Below are positions 10,870-21,840 of a stretch of 64,000 nucleotides of DNA, one piece after another (positions within the stretch are counted from its first letter, which is position 1; every line of letters begins with the position of its first letter). Under the pieces are notes generated by a model. It made no database searches. It was not told the DNA's origin and saw only the letters and a list, made by a program, of their open reading frames with translations. The stretch spans positions 21,645 to 85,644 of the forward strand of contig VSCH01000001.1 of NCBI GenBank assembly GCA_047459075.1, read 5' to 3'. This DNA comes from Acidimicrobiia bacterium (GTDB taxonomy: Bacteria > Actinomycetota > Acidimicrobiia > Acidimicrobiales > VFJN01). Made by a program: the position numbers and the translations under genes.

Positions 10870-12186
10870 TCAGCTCCCCCTCCGCGCGGCCGCCGGGGCA
10901 CGGCGCCCGACGGCACGGGCGATCACACCCTGGAAACGGTCAGCGATGATCTCGGTGTCGAAGGTGGCCTCAGCGTAGGCCCGGGCCCGCCGGCCCGCCC
11001 GCTCCCGCAGGGCGGCGTCGACCCGGAGCTGCTTGGCCCCGACGAGGAACCCCTCCTCGTCCCGCGGTGACACCACCCAGCCGGCGCCGGCCCGCTCGAT
11101 GGTCCGGGCGGCCAGGTTCTCCGGCGGGATGGCGGCCAGCACCGGCCGGCCGGCGCACAGGTAGGAGAGGACCTTGGACGGCACCGAGAACGTCCCGGCG
11201 GTCGGCTCGAGCAGGGCGACCAGCACGTCCGCGGCCCCGAGCACGTCCGGGTAGCGGTCGATCGGCTGGAAGGGCAGCAGCCGCAGGTTGGGCAGCGGGC
11301 GCTCGGCCAGCATCTCCCGCAGCCGCTGCTCGCCCAGGCCCTCGCTGACCACGACGACCTCGGCCTCGCCGACCGACTGCTCGGCCAGCCGGTGGAGCAG
11401 CTCGGGGCGGTGCTTCAGTCCGAGCGTGCCGGTGTACAGGTAGACGAAGCGGTCGCCGAGCCCCTGGCTCGCCCGCCACCCGTTGTCCCGCGGGCGGGTC
11501 GGGAGGTCGGCGAGCGGGGCCCAGTTCTCGATGACCGTGCAGGCGTCGGGGTCGATCCCCCAGCCCTCGAGCGTGGGCAGGAAGTCCTCGGTGATCGACA
11601 CGACGCCGTCGGCCTGGCGCAGGAGCCGGCGCTCGAGGGCCTCGAAGCCCGCGCCCATCCGGCGGCCGAGTCGCCCGACCCGCTTCGTGGCCTCGGCGGT
11701 CATGGCCACGCTGTGCAGGTCCTGCAGCCAGAAGATCCAGGGCAGGCCCTGGCGCCGGCACCAGGCGGCGGCCACCGACATGGCGACGAGCGGCACGTTG
11801 CAGTGGACGATGACGTCGGGGCGGAACCGGCTGGCGATCTGGACGAAGCGCCGGCCGTAGGCGGCCTCCTGGCGGACGCGGCGCACGGGCGAGTAGCGGT
11901 CGAACGACTCGCCGACGTCGACCGGGACGACCCGCAGGTCGGTGCCCTCGTCGACGTCGAAGCGGCCCTTGCCGCTCGTGTAGGAGCGGCAGTAGACGTG
12001 CTGGACGACGTGGCCGCGGCGGGCGAGCGCCCGGCTGAGGTCGATCTGGAAGGGGTGGCCGGCGAAGTCGTGCACCAGGACGCGGGACACGCCCCGGGAC
12101 CGGAGGTCGACGACGGTCCGCACGTCCTCGACGCGGCCCGACGCGACCCGCGTGGCGGGCATCGCACCTGTCTCGCCGATCCCCAT
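10870..12186 (-). CDS. Glycosyltransferase, GT4, WcaI/WbuB-like
   Basis: N-terminus VLVHDFAGHPFQIDLSRALARRGHVVQHVY is typical of WcaI/WbuB-type enzymes. The C-terminal GT-B half carries FSVPSKVLSYLCAGRPVLA. Confidence 0.8.
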   Translation of the reverse strand: MGIGETGAMPATRVASGRVEDVRTVVDLRSRGVSRVLVHDFAGHPFQIDLSRALARRGHVVQHVYCRSYTSGKGRFDVDEGTDLRVVPVDVGESFDRYSPVRRVRQEAAYGRRFVQIASRFRPDVIVHCNVPLVAMSVAAAWCRRQGLPWIFWLQDLHSVAMTAEATKRVGRLGRRMGAGFEALERRLLRQADGVVSITEDFLPTLEGWGIDPDACTVIENWAPLADLPTRPRDNGWRASQGLGDRFVYLYTGTLGLKHRPELLHRLAEQSVGEAEVVVVSEGLGEQRLREMLAERPLPNLRLLPFQPIDRYPDVLGAADVLVALLEPTAGTFSVPSKVLSYLCAGRPVLAAIPPENLAARTIERAGAGWVVSPRDEEGFLVGAKQLRVDAALRERAGRRARAYAEATFDTEIIADRFQGVIARAVGRRAPAAARRGS

Positions 12187-12347
12187 CGACGTCTCCTCCC
12201 CCGTCGTGGTGCGCCAGCCGGGGGCCCCGATCCGATGGCCGCCCCGGTCGGCGAGCCCCAGCTGCCCTCGCGATCAGGCGATCGCTAGGTGACCGAAGAG
12301 TAAGGTGCGCTGCCCGTGGCGTCCACTCATGTGTCGCGGGCCACACG

Positions 12348-13541
12348 ATGAGAGCGCTACTGGTCCACAACCGCTACTCGTCCCGGGTGCCGTCGGGCGA
12401 GAACGCGGTGGTCGACGACGAAGCACGGTGGCTGCGCGCCCAGGGCGTCGAGGTCGCCCGCCACGAGGTGGACAACGACAGCATCGTCGACCCCGGCCCG
12501 CTGGCCCGCGCGCTCGACGGGCTGGAGGCGGTGTGGTCGCTGTCGGCCCGCCGCCGGGCGGCCCGGGTGCTCGACGAGGTCCGCCCGGACGTCGTCCACG
12601 TCCACAACCTGTTCCCGCTGCTGACGGCCAGCGTGGCCGCCGCCGCGCTCGACCGCGGCCTGCCCGTCGTGTGGACGGTCCACAACTTCCGCCTGCGGTG
12701 CGTGGCCGGCACCCACTTCCGCGACGGCCGGCCCTGCCACGACTGCCGACCGGGGTGGAAGGCGCCCGGCGTCGCCCACCGGTGCTACGCCGGCTCGACG
12801 GCGGCCAGCGCCCTCGTCGGCGCGGCGACGTCGGTCTACGGCGCGCTGGCCCGGCGCCGGGGCGTCACCGCCCTGCCGATCAGCCGGGTCATGGCCCGCT
12901 GGCTGGTGGCCGCCGCGGGGTTCCCCGAGGCGGCGGTGCGGGTCAAGTACAACGGCGTGGCCGCGCCGGCCGGCGAGGTCCCCCCGCCCGAGGCGCAGCG
13001 GGACCTCGTCTACGTCGGCCGGCTCGCCCCCGAGAAGGGGGTCGGGCTGCTGCTCGACGCCTTCGCCCGCACCCGCACCAGCGCCCGCCTCGTCGTCGTG
13101 GGCGGCGGCCCGCTGGAGGGCGCCGTCCGGTCCGCGGCCGTGGCCGACCCCCGCGTCGTGCCGGTCGGCCAGGTGGCGGTGGACGAGGTGGAGCGCCACC
13201 TGCTCGGGGCCCGGGCCCTCGTCATGCCTTCCGTGTGGCAGGAGCCGTTCGGCCGGGTCGCCGCCGAGGCGCTCGCCCGGGGCCGCCCGGTGGTCACCAC
13301 CGGCGAGGGGGCCGCGGGCGAGGTCGTGACGCCCGACGTCGGCTGGGTGACCGGGACCGACCCGGACGCCCTGGCGGCGGCGATCGAGCAGGCGGCGGAC
13401 GACGACGGGGCGGTGGCCGAGCGGGGCCGCCGGGGGCGGGAGCGCCACGCCCGGCTGTTCAGCCCGGAAGCCACCACCGCGGCACTGGTCGCGATCTACG
13501 AGGAGGTCGTCACCCGGCGGGGGACGGGGGCCCGGCGCTAG
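12348..13541 (+). CDS. Glycosyltransferase, GT4
   Basis: LLVHNRY...SGENAVV N-terminus, YVGRLAPEKGVGLLLDAF, and MPSVWQEPFGRVAAEALARGRPVVTT (EX7E-type motif). Confidence 0.8.
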   Translation: MRALLVHNRYSSRVPSGENAVVDDEARWLRAQGVEVARHEVDNDSIVDPGPLARALDGLEAVWSLSARRRAARVLDEVRPDVVHVHNLFPLLTASVAAAALDRGLPVVWTVHNFRLRCVAGTHFRDGRPCHDCRPGWKAPGVAHRCYAGSTAASALVGAATSVYGALARRRGVTALPISRVMARWLVAAAGFPEAAVRVKYNGVAAPAGEVPPPEAQRDLVYVGRLAPEKGVGLLLDAFARTRTSARLVVVGGGPLEGAVRSAAVADPRVVPVGQVAVDEVERHLLGARALVMPSVWQEPFGRVAAEALARGRPVVTTGEGAAGEVVTPDVGWVTGTDPDALAAAIEQAADDDGAVAERGRRGRERHARLFSPEATTAALVAIYEEVVTRRGTGARR

Positions 13542-13559
13542 CATCGCCGGGCGACCGCG

Positions 13560-14480
13560 GTGGGTGACCTGCTGCGGCGAGGGACTGGGGGGATCGTGGA
13601 CGCAACCACGCTGGCACGGTCGAGCGGTGCGGAGGGGGCGACGCCACGCATCGCCGCCGGCCCGCACCAGATCCCGCCGGTCGGCCGGCCCCGCTGGCTC
13701 GACGTCTACGTCGGGTCGCTCGTCGCCCTCGACGCCGTCGCGATGGCCGCGGCCACCTTCACCGCCAAGGTCTCGTGGCTCGGGCTCGAGCCGCACGACC
13801 TCCAGATCCGGTCGTTCAGCATCCCCTACAGCGCGCTCGTGCTGGCGACGGTGCCGGCCTGGATCGTGCTGCTGGGGCTGTCCGGGGCCTACGCCGTCGG
13901 TCCGTTCGGGACGACGCCCCAGTGGGGCCGCGTCGTGCGCGCCGGCGCCCAGCTGCTCGCCGTCGTGGCCGTGTCGTACTACATCGCCCACCTGGCGATG
14001 CTCGGCCGGGGCGTGCTGGCGGCGACGATCCCGCTGGCCGTGGTGTTCACCCTCGTCGGGCGGTGGCTCGCCGGGCGGGGCCTGGCCGCCCTCCGGCGGC
14101 GGCACCGGGCCCAGCGCACGGTGCTGGTCATCGGCTCGCCGGCCGGGATCGAGGCCTTCGCCGCCCGGTCGGGCGACCTGCCGGCCGCCGGCGTGCGGGT
14201 CGTCGACACGGTGGCCGTCACGCCCGGCAACGGGCGCGGCCCCGGGACCGACCTGGCGGCGACGGTGGCCCGCGAGCTGGCTCGCACCCGGGCGGAGACC
14301 GTGCTCATCGCCGGCGGGCTGGCGCAGGGCGGCCTGCGCGACATCGCCTGGATGCTGGAGGGCACGGGCGTCGCGCTGCTCGTCGTGCCGACCCCCGCCG
14401 ACCTCGACGAGCGGCAGGCCGAGCTCCGGCCGGTCGCCGGCCTGCCCCTCCTCCACCTCGAGCGACGGGCGCCCTCCTGA
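13560..14480 (+). CDS. Truncated polyprenyl-phosphate glycosyl-1-phosphate (priming) transferase; N-terminal TM plus CoA-binding-like region only
   Basis: Four N-terminal TM segments followed by VLVIGSPAGIEAF...ETVLIAGGL...LEGTGVALLVVP...LRPVAGLPLLHLE. The ORF stops exactly where full-length WcaJ/WbaP-type enzymes continue into the last TM and the catalytic 'bacterial sugar transferase' domain. It ends 30 nt from the hspR stop. Confidence 0.6.
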   Translation: MGDLLRRGTGGIVDATTLARSSGAEGATPRIAAGPHQIPPVGRPRWLDVYVGSLVALDAVAMAAATFTAKVSWLGLEPHDLQIRSFSIPYSALVLATVPAWIVLLGLSGAYAVGPFGTTPQWGRVVRAGAQLLAVVAVSYYIAHLAMLGRGVLAATIPLAVVFTLVGRWLAGRGLAALRRRHRAQRTVLVIGSPAGIEAFAARSGDLPAAGVRVVDTVAVTPGNGRGPGTDLAATVARELARTRAETVLIAGGLAQGGLRDIAWMLEGTGVALLVVPTPADLDERQAELRPVAGLPLLHLERRAPS

Positions 14481-14510
14481 GGGCCACGGGCGCGGCCCGG
14501 CGCGGCCGGC

Positions 14511-14900
14511 TCAGCGCCGGCGCTGGGGCTCGTACAACACGACGGCCTGGCGGAGCGGCACGAGCTCGCGGCGGTACTGGCGGTGCACCTCGGCGACCGC
14601 CTCGGCGGCCTTGCGCCGGGTCTCCTCCAGCTCGGCCCGGAGGCGCTCGATCTCGGCCTCGAGCTGCAGGACCCGCTGGACGCCCTGGAGGTTCAGGCCC
14701 TCGTTCGTCAGCTGCTGGATGCGGCGCAGCTGCGCGATGTCGGCGTCGCTGTACCGGCGGCTGCCGCCGGGCGTCCTGGCCGGGTCGACCAAGCCCTTGC
14801 GCTCGTAGATGCGCAAGGTCTGGGGGTGCACGCCGGCCAGCTCGGCCGCGACCGAGATGACGTACACCGCTCGTGTCGACTCACGACCCTCGGGTCGCAT
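14511..14900 (-). CDS. hspR: Heat-shock transcriptional repressor HspR (MerR family)
   Basis: MerR HTH YVISVAAELAGVHPQTLRIYERKGLVDPARTPGGSRRYS. It is the last gene of the dnaK-grpE-dnaJ operon. Confidence 0.9.
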   Translation of the reverse strand: MRPEGRESTRAVYVISVAAELAGVHPQTLRIYERKGLVDPARTPGGSRRYSDADIAQLRRIQQLTNEGLNLQGVQRVLQLEAEIERLRAELEETRRKAAEAVAEVHRQYRRELVPLRQAVVLYEPQRRR

Positions 14901-14913
14901 CGCTCATCACCTC

Positions 14914-16041
14914 TCACTCGACCCCGAGGTGGGCTCGGGGTGATCTGCCGTCGGTGGCGGCCGCCAGGGCCTCGACCGCCTTGCGCTCCTCGTCGGTCAG
15001 CCGCTGCGGCACCGCCACCTCGACGGTCACCAGCAGGTCGCCGGTGCCCCTGGTGGTCGGGACGCCCCGGCCCCGCACCCGGAAGGTCCGCCCCGAGCGG
15101 GTGCCCGCGGGGATGCGCAGGGTCACCGACCCCCCGTCCAGCGTCGGGACCCGGATGTCGGCCCCCAGCACGGCCTCGGGGAAGGTGATCGGGACCGTGA
15201 TCGTGAGGTCCCGGCCCCGGCGACCGAAGATCGGGTGGGGGCCGACCCGCGCGGTGACGTACAGGTCGCCCGGCGGGCCGCCGTTGCGGCCCGGCCCGCC
15301 CCGGCCCTTCAGCCGGATGCGCTGGCCGTCGTCGACGCCGGGCGGGATGCGCACCTTGACCTCGCGGGGCCGGCGCTCGACCCCGGAGCCCCGGCAGGTG
15401 GGGCAGGGGTCCTCGACGAGGAACCCCTGCCCGCCGCACCGGGGGCACGGCTGCGAGAAGCTGAAGAACCCCTGGTTCTCGTCGACGACGCCCCGACCGC
15501 CGCACCGGGGGCAGGCGTGCGGCGTCGTGCCGGGCCGGGCGCCGCTGCCGTGACAGGTCGAGCAGACGGCGTCGCTGGTCAGGTGCAGCGTCGTGGTGAT
15601 GCCCCGCACCGCGTCCTCGAAGTCGAGGTGCAGGTCGGCCTCGAGGTCCTGGCCCCGGCGGGGGCCGGTGCCCCGGACGCCGCCCGCCCGCCGCCGGCCG
15701 AAGAACCCGCTGAGCACGTCGCCGAGGTCGCCCAGGTCCTCGAACCGGAACCCGGCACCGGGGCGTGCGCCGGCGCCGGCGCCCCCGAACATGCCGCCCA
15801 TCGGCCCGAGGCGACGGACCTCGTCGTACTCCTTGCGGCGCTCGGGGTCGCCGATGACGTCGTACGCGGCGGAGATCTCCTTGAACCGCTCCTCGGCCGT
15901 GGGGTCACCGGGGTTCGCGTCCGGGTGGTACTTGCGGGAGAGCTTCCGGTACGCGTTCTTGATCTCCTTCTGGGACGCGTCCTCGCTGACCCCGAGGATC
16001 CGGTAGTAGTCCTTCTCGAACCACTCGCGCTGCGGCGCCAT
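14914..16041 (-). CDS. dnaJ: Molecular chaperone DnaJ
   Basis: J-domain (DYYRILGV...HPD), Gly-rich linker, and four CxxCxGxG zinc-finger repeats. Confidence 0.95.
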   Translation of the reverse strand: MAPQREWFEKDYYRILGVSEDASQKEIKNAYRKLSRKYHPDANPGDPTAEERFKEISAAYDVIGDPERRKEYDEVRRLGPMGGMFGGAGAGARPGAGFRFEDLGDLGDVLSGFFGRRRAGGVRGTGPRRGQDLEADLHLDFEDAVRGITTTLHLTSDAVCSTCHGSGARPGTTPHACPRCGGRGVVDENQGFFSFSQPCPRCGGQGFLVEDPCPTCRGSGVERRPREVKVRIPPGVDDGQRIRLKGRGGPGRNGGPPGDLYVTARVGPHPIFGRRGRDLTITVPITFPEAVLGADIRVPTLDGGSVTLRIPAGTRSGRTFRVRGRGVPTTRGTGDLLVTVEVAVPQRLTDEERKAVEALAAATDGRSPRAHLGVE

Positions 16042-16066
16042 CGGGCCCTGTCGTCCTCCCCTGCGC

Positions 16067-16770
16067 TCAGTCGGTCACCTTGACCATCGCTGGACGGAGG
16101 ACCTGGCCGCGCCAGCGGTAGCCGGGCCGCAGCACCTCGGCCACGACGTGCTCACCGCCGTCGCCCGGCTCGTGCACGACCGCCTCGGCCTCGTTGGGGT
16201 CGAACGGCTTGCCCTCCGGGTCGATGCGCTCCAGGCCCTCCTTGCTGAGGGCCCCGTACAGCGCGGAGAGCACGGGCTCGACCGCGTCGGCGCCCTGGGC
16301 GAGCGCGGCGTCGCAGGCGTCCAGCACGGGCAGCAGGCTCTCGACGAAGCTGCCGAGGGCCCGGTTGATCGCCTCCTGCTGCCGGCGCTGGACCTGCTTG
16401 CGGTAGTTCTCGAAGTCGGCCTGGGCGCGCTGGTACGCCTCGAGGTACTGCGCCCGCTCCTCGAGGAGCGCCTCGAGGTCGACCTCGACCTTCTCGGCCG
16501 CCGCCCGGAGGTCGTCGTCCGGCTCTCCGGCCTCGGCGGTCGCCCGGTCGCCGCCGTCCGCCCGGTCGCCGTCGGGCGCCTCCTCGCCCTCGGGCGCCTC
16601 GGTGTCGTCGGCGGCCGCCGGGGCGCGCTCGTCGCCGCCCGCGTCCGTGGCGTCCGCGGGCGGCGCGGCGTCGGCCTCGACGGTGGCCCGGTCCTCCTCG
16701 GGGACCTCGGAGGGCTCGGGCGGGCCGGTCGATCGGTCGTCGTCGGTGGGTCGGTTCGTCGGCTGGTCGC

Positions 16771-16774
<4 letters not shown>
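16067..16774 (-). CDS. grpE: Nucleotide exchange factor GrpE (long acidic N-terminal extension)
   Basis: GrpE core (DFENYRKQ...[18 protein letters not shown]). The GTG start overlaps the dnaK stop (GTGA). Confidence 0.9.
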
Positions 16775-18609
<1,835 letters not shown>

Positions 18610-18674
18610 GGGAAGGGCCTCCGTGGGGGTACTGGTCGGTTGGGGAGATCGTCTTTCAGCTGGGGCCCACGATA

Positions 18675-18701
18675 AAAGTTGAGTGCGGTATTCGCAACTT
18701 T
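18675..18701 (-). promoter_or_regulatory. HAIR-like inverted repeat (putative HspR operator) upstream of dnaK
   Basis: On the coding strand: AAAGTTGC-N11-TCAACTTT, followed directly by TATCGT (-10-like), about 66-92 nt upstream of the dnaK ATG. The right half ACTCAAC matches canonical HAIR 6/7. Confidence 0.6.
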
Positions 18702-18803
18702 GGGACGCCGGCCCGGCCGCCGGCCCGCCCGGGGGCGGCGACGCCCCGGCGCGTGGCCGTCCGGAGCGCACGCCGGGGCCGCCCGCACTACCGTGACCCG
18801 GCG

Positions 18804-20102
18804 ATGACCACGCCTGGGGGAGCGTCGCCGGGGGGCGCGGGGGCGGCCACCGCCCCGGGGCCGGGCGGCGCGCGGGGCGCGGCCGCGCCCCCGGCGGCCG
18901 GCCCGCCCGCGGCCCGGCGGGCGGCGAGCGGCGAGCGGCGGCTCGGCGACCGGGCCCTCGCCGCGCTGACCGCCGCGCTGACCCTCCCCGTCCTCTGGAT
19001 GGGCTACGGGACCGACATCGACGTGCCCGACGTGCTGCGGGCGGGCGAGAGCATCCGCCGGGGCGACTACCTACCGTCCCGCCCGCCGGGCGTCCCGGTC
19101 TTCGAGGCCGTCGTCGCCGCCCTCGACCCGATCGGCGGCCACCTCCTGATCAACCTGGCGACCGCGGTCGCGGGCGGGGCGACCGTCCTCGGCATCGCCC
19201 GGCTCGTGCGGGAGTGGGGCCACGTCAACGGCGACGTGCTGGCGGTGGCCTTCCTCGTCTCGCCGGCCACGCTCATCGCGTCCACCTCGACCGCCGACTT
19301 CGTGTGGGCGACGGCGTTCCTCGTCTGGGGCGCGCTCTGGCTCGGGCGCGACCGGCCCGTGCCCGCCGGCGTGCTGCTCGCCCTCGCCGTCGGCACCCGG
19401 CTGTCGTCGGCCCTGCTCGTCGCCGCAGTGCTGGTGGCCGACGGCTGGGACCCGGCCCACCGGCGCCGGTGCGCCCGGGCGGCGCTCGTGGCCCTGCCCC
19501 TGAGCGTGCTGCTGTACGTCCCCTCGTGGCTGGCCTACGACCGCTCGGCCGAGGTCCTCGACACCGCCGAGGGCTGGCGGGGCGTGGCCAACAACCTGGG
19601 CCGCTTCGCCTACAAGAACTACGCCACCGCCGGCCCGGCCCTGCTCGTGGTCGTCGCGGTCGCCGCCCCCGCGCTGGTGGCGGCGCTGCGCCGGTGGGGC
19701 GACGACCCGCTGCTGCGCCTCGGCGTCGGTGCCTTCGCGGTCAGCGAGGCGCTCTTCTTCGTGCTGCCCTGGAAGTACAACCACCTGCTGCCCGCGCTGC
19801 TCGGCCTGCTGCTGTGGCTGGGCGCGACGCGGCGCAACCACCGCCGGTTCCTGTGGGTGCTGGTGGTAGCGGTCGCCGTCAACGGGCTGGTGGCCTTCCG
19901 GCCCCTCGCCCCCGACGAGGCCGAGGTCGCCCGCTCCGGCCGCTGGGACCCGGCGCTCGTGCCCGGGCTGCTGGTCAACGACATCGCCTGCCGGCTCGAC
20001 GCCATGCACGAGGACCCGCCGCCCTACAACCGGGTGGCCTGGCCCTGCACGCTGAAGCCGCTGCGGGGCGCCACCGACGACGGGGCGGACGGCCGGGGCT
20101 GA
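18804..20102 (+). CDS. Polytopic membrane protein, possible GT-C-fold glycosyltransferase
   Basis: At least 9 hydrophobic segments after a Gly/Ala/Pro-rich N-terminus. The first loop has an acidic TDIDVPD motif. The call is by topology only. Start at ATG 18804. Confidence 0.45.
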   Translation: MTTPGGASPGGAGAATAPGPGGARGAAAPPAAGPPAARRAASGERRLGDRALAALTAALTLPVLWMGYGTDIDVPDVLRAGESIRRGDYLPSRPPGVPVFEAVVAALDPIGGHLLINLATAVAGGATVLGIARLVREWGHVNGDVLAVAFLVSPATLIASTSTADFVWATAFLVWGALWLGRDRPVPAGVLLALAVGTRLSSALLVAAVLVADGWDPAHRRRCARAALVALPLSVLLYVPSWLAYDRSAEVLDTAEGWRGVANNLGRFAYKNYATAGPALLVVVAVAAPALVAALRRWGDDPLLRLGVGAFAVSEALFFVLPWKYNHLLPALLGLLLWLGATRRNHRRFLWVLVVAVAVNGLVAFRPLAPDEAEVARSGRWDPALVPGLLVNDIACRLDAMHEDPPPYNRVAWPCTLKPLRGATDDGADGRG

Positions 20103-20119
20103 CCCGCCGGCCGTCAGCC
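20097..20119. terminator. Hairpin spanning two convergent stop codons
   Basis: GGCTGAC-ccgccggcc-GTCAGCC. The TGA (20100-02) and TCA (20114-16) stops sit in the two arms. Confidence 0.3.
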
Positions 20120-20704
20120 GGTGGGGGCGCCGGCCCCGGCGAGGAAGTTGCGCAGCAGGTCGTGCCCCCGGGCGGTGAGCACCGACTCGGGGTGGAACTG
20201 CACGCCCTCGACGCCGAGCTCGCGGTGGCGCAGGCCCATGACGACGCCGTCGTCGGTCCAGGCGGTCACCTGGAGCACGTCGGGCAGCGTCTCGCGCTCG
20301 ACCACGAGGCTGTGGTAGCGGGTCGCCTCGAACGGCGACGGCAGCCCGGCGAACACGCCGGTGCCGTCGTGGTGGACGAGGGACGTCTTGCCGTGCATGA
20401 TCTCCGGCGCCCGCACGACCCGCCCGCCGTAGACCTGCCCGATGCACTGGTGGCCGAGGCAGACGCCGAGCACGGGCCGGCGGCCGGCGAAGTGCTCGAT
20501 GACCGCGTTCGACACACCCGCGTCCTCGGGGCGGCCGGGACCGGGCGAGATCAGCACGGCGTCGGGGTCGAGCTCGACGATCTGCTCGAGGGTCAGCGCG
20601 TCGCACCGGTGCACCAGGGGCTCGGCCCCCAGCTCGCCCAGGTACTGGACGAGGTTGTAGACGAAGCTGTCGTAGTTGTCGATGACGAGGACCCGCGGCG
20701 CCAC
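20114..20704 (-). CDS. Class-I glutamine amidotransferase, anthranilate/aminodeoxychorismate synthase component II (TrpG/PabA type)
   Basis: [22 protein letters not shown], catalytic GVCLGHQ, and HPES near the C-terminus. Confidence 0.85.
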   Translation of the reverse strand: MAPRVLVIDNYDSFVYNLVQYLGELGAEPLVHRCDALTLEQIVELDPDAVLISPGPGRPEDAGVSNAVIEHFAGRRPVLGVCLGHQCIGQVYGGRVVRAPEIMHGKTSLVHHDGTGVFAGLPSPFEATRYHSLVVERETLPDVLQVTAWTDDGVVMGLRHRELGVEGVQFHPESVLTARGHDLLRNFLAGAGAPTG

Positions 20705-20771
20705 GGCCGCCGAGGCTACCGGGCGGCGCCGGCGCCCCGGCGGCCCCCGTCCCCCGGGCCTCGGGCCGCCG

Positions 20772-21755
20772 TCAGTAGGGCTTGGTCAGGAAGCGCCGGA
20801 CGTTGCGGGGCGTGACCTTCCGGGCCAGCCGCCACAGGCCCCGGCGGGCGTCGGCCCGGTTGCGGCGCACGCTGAGGTCGATCAGCTCGGTGACGTCGGG
20901 GTCGTCGCCGTGGCGCTCGCGGCACTCGACGGCGACGTCGAGGGCGTAGGGGTGGTTGCCCGAGGCGAAGGCGCAGGCCCACAGGCGCAGGTAGTCCTCG
21001 CGCGGCGCCCCGACCTTCTCGAGCCACGCCAAGGTGCGGAGGTAGCGGGGCCCGACGGCCACCGGGCTGGGCTTCAGCGCGAACTCGAGGCGCCGCCGGT
21101 CGAGCTTCGTGCGGGGGCGCAGCATCGCCTCGCAGGTGCCGGCCCGCAGCCGCACCGCCTCGGTGAGCTCGAGGTCGGCGAGCCAGAAGCCCCGCTCGAC
21201 CATCCAGCGGTGCAGGTCGCCGAAGGTGTCCTCGCCCTCGTAGTAGGGGTCGATCCCGGGCTCGGCGTCCACCGCCATGACCGTGGCCAGGAGCGGCTCG
21301 TCCAGGCTCGCGAGCAGACGGAGGTCGGTGCCCTGGGTGTCGAGCTTCAGCCAGTCGACCCGGGCCAGCCCGGCGTCGGCCAGCGCCCGGCCGAGCGTCG
21401 TGGCCGGCACCTCGACCTCGCGCACGACGCCGAAGCGGTAGGCGTGCAGCCACGGGGCCGCCGCGTCCTCCAGCGGGCGCAGGGTGCTCGACGCCGTGGG
21501 GTTGGCGGTGAGGAAGAAGCGGGCGGTGGCGCGGTCGGGCTCGGCGACGACCGCCTTGTCGACGACCACCCGCCGGCCGCGCTCGCTCGCCTCGGTGTGC
21601 ATCTCGCGCCGGTCGGGGTCGAAGCCCACGTAGGTGGCGTGGCCGAGCAGGGGGCGGAAGGCGCGGAAGGGCTCCAGCGACGCGCCGACGTCGACCAGGG
21701 TCAGCGAGATCCCGGCCCGGTCGAGCACGGCGAGCGCCCGGTCCATCGCCGTCAC
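20772..21755 (-). CDS. FkbM-like SAM-dependent methyltransferase with an extra C-terminal domain
   Basis: LVDVGAS motif I and [11 protein letters not shown], similar to the FkbM 'IDxLKIDVEGxE' block. The C-terminal ~130 aa are unassigned. Confidence 0.5.
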   Translation of the reverse strand: MTAMDRALAVLDRAGISLTLVDVGASLEPFRAFRPLLGHATYVGFDPDRREMHTEASERGRRVVVDKAVVAEPDRATARFFLTANPTASSTLRPLEDAAAPWLHAYRFGVVREVEVPATTLGRALADAGLARVDWLKLDTQGTDLRLLASLDEPLLATVMAVDAEPGIDPYYEGEDTFGDLHRWMVERGFWLADLELTEAVRLRAGTCEAMLRPRTKLDRRRLEFALKPSPVAVGPRYLRTLAWLEKVGAPREDYLRLWACAFASGNHPYALDVAVECRERHGDDPDVTELIDLSVRRNRADARRGLWRLARKVTPRNVRRFLTKPY

Positions 21756-21840
21756 GGTGCTCCTCCCCAGCGTCGCCCGGCCATGGGCGGCGACTGTACC
21801 CGGGCGCCGGCCGGCGGGCCCGGCCCGGGGCGGCCGGCGC

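Noticed and set aside
18610-18771. N-terminal 54-aa extension of the dnaK ORF.
   Set aside because: The extension is Arg/Pro/Ser-rich, covers the HAIR-like operator and putative -10, and DnaK homologues begin at [12 protein letters not shown]. ATG 18609 fits.
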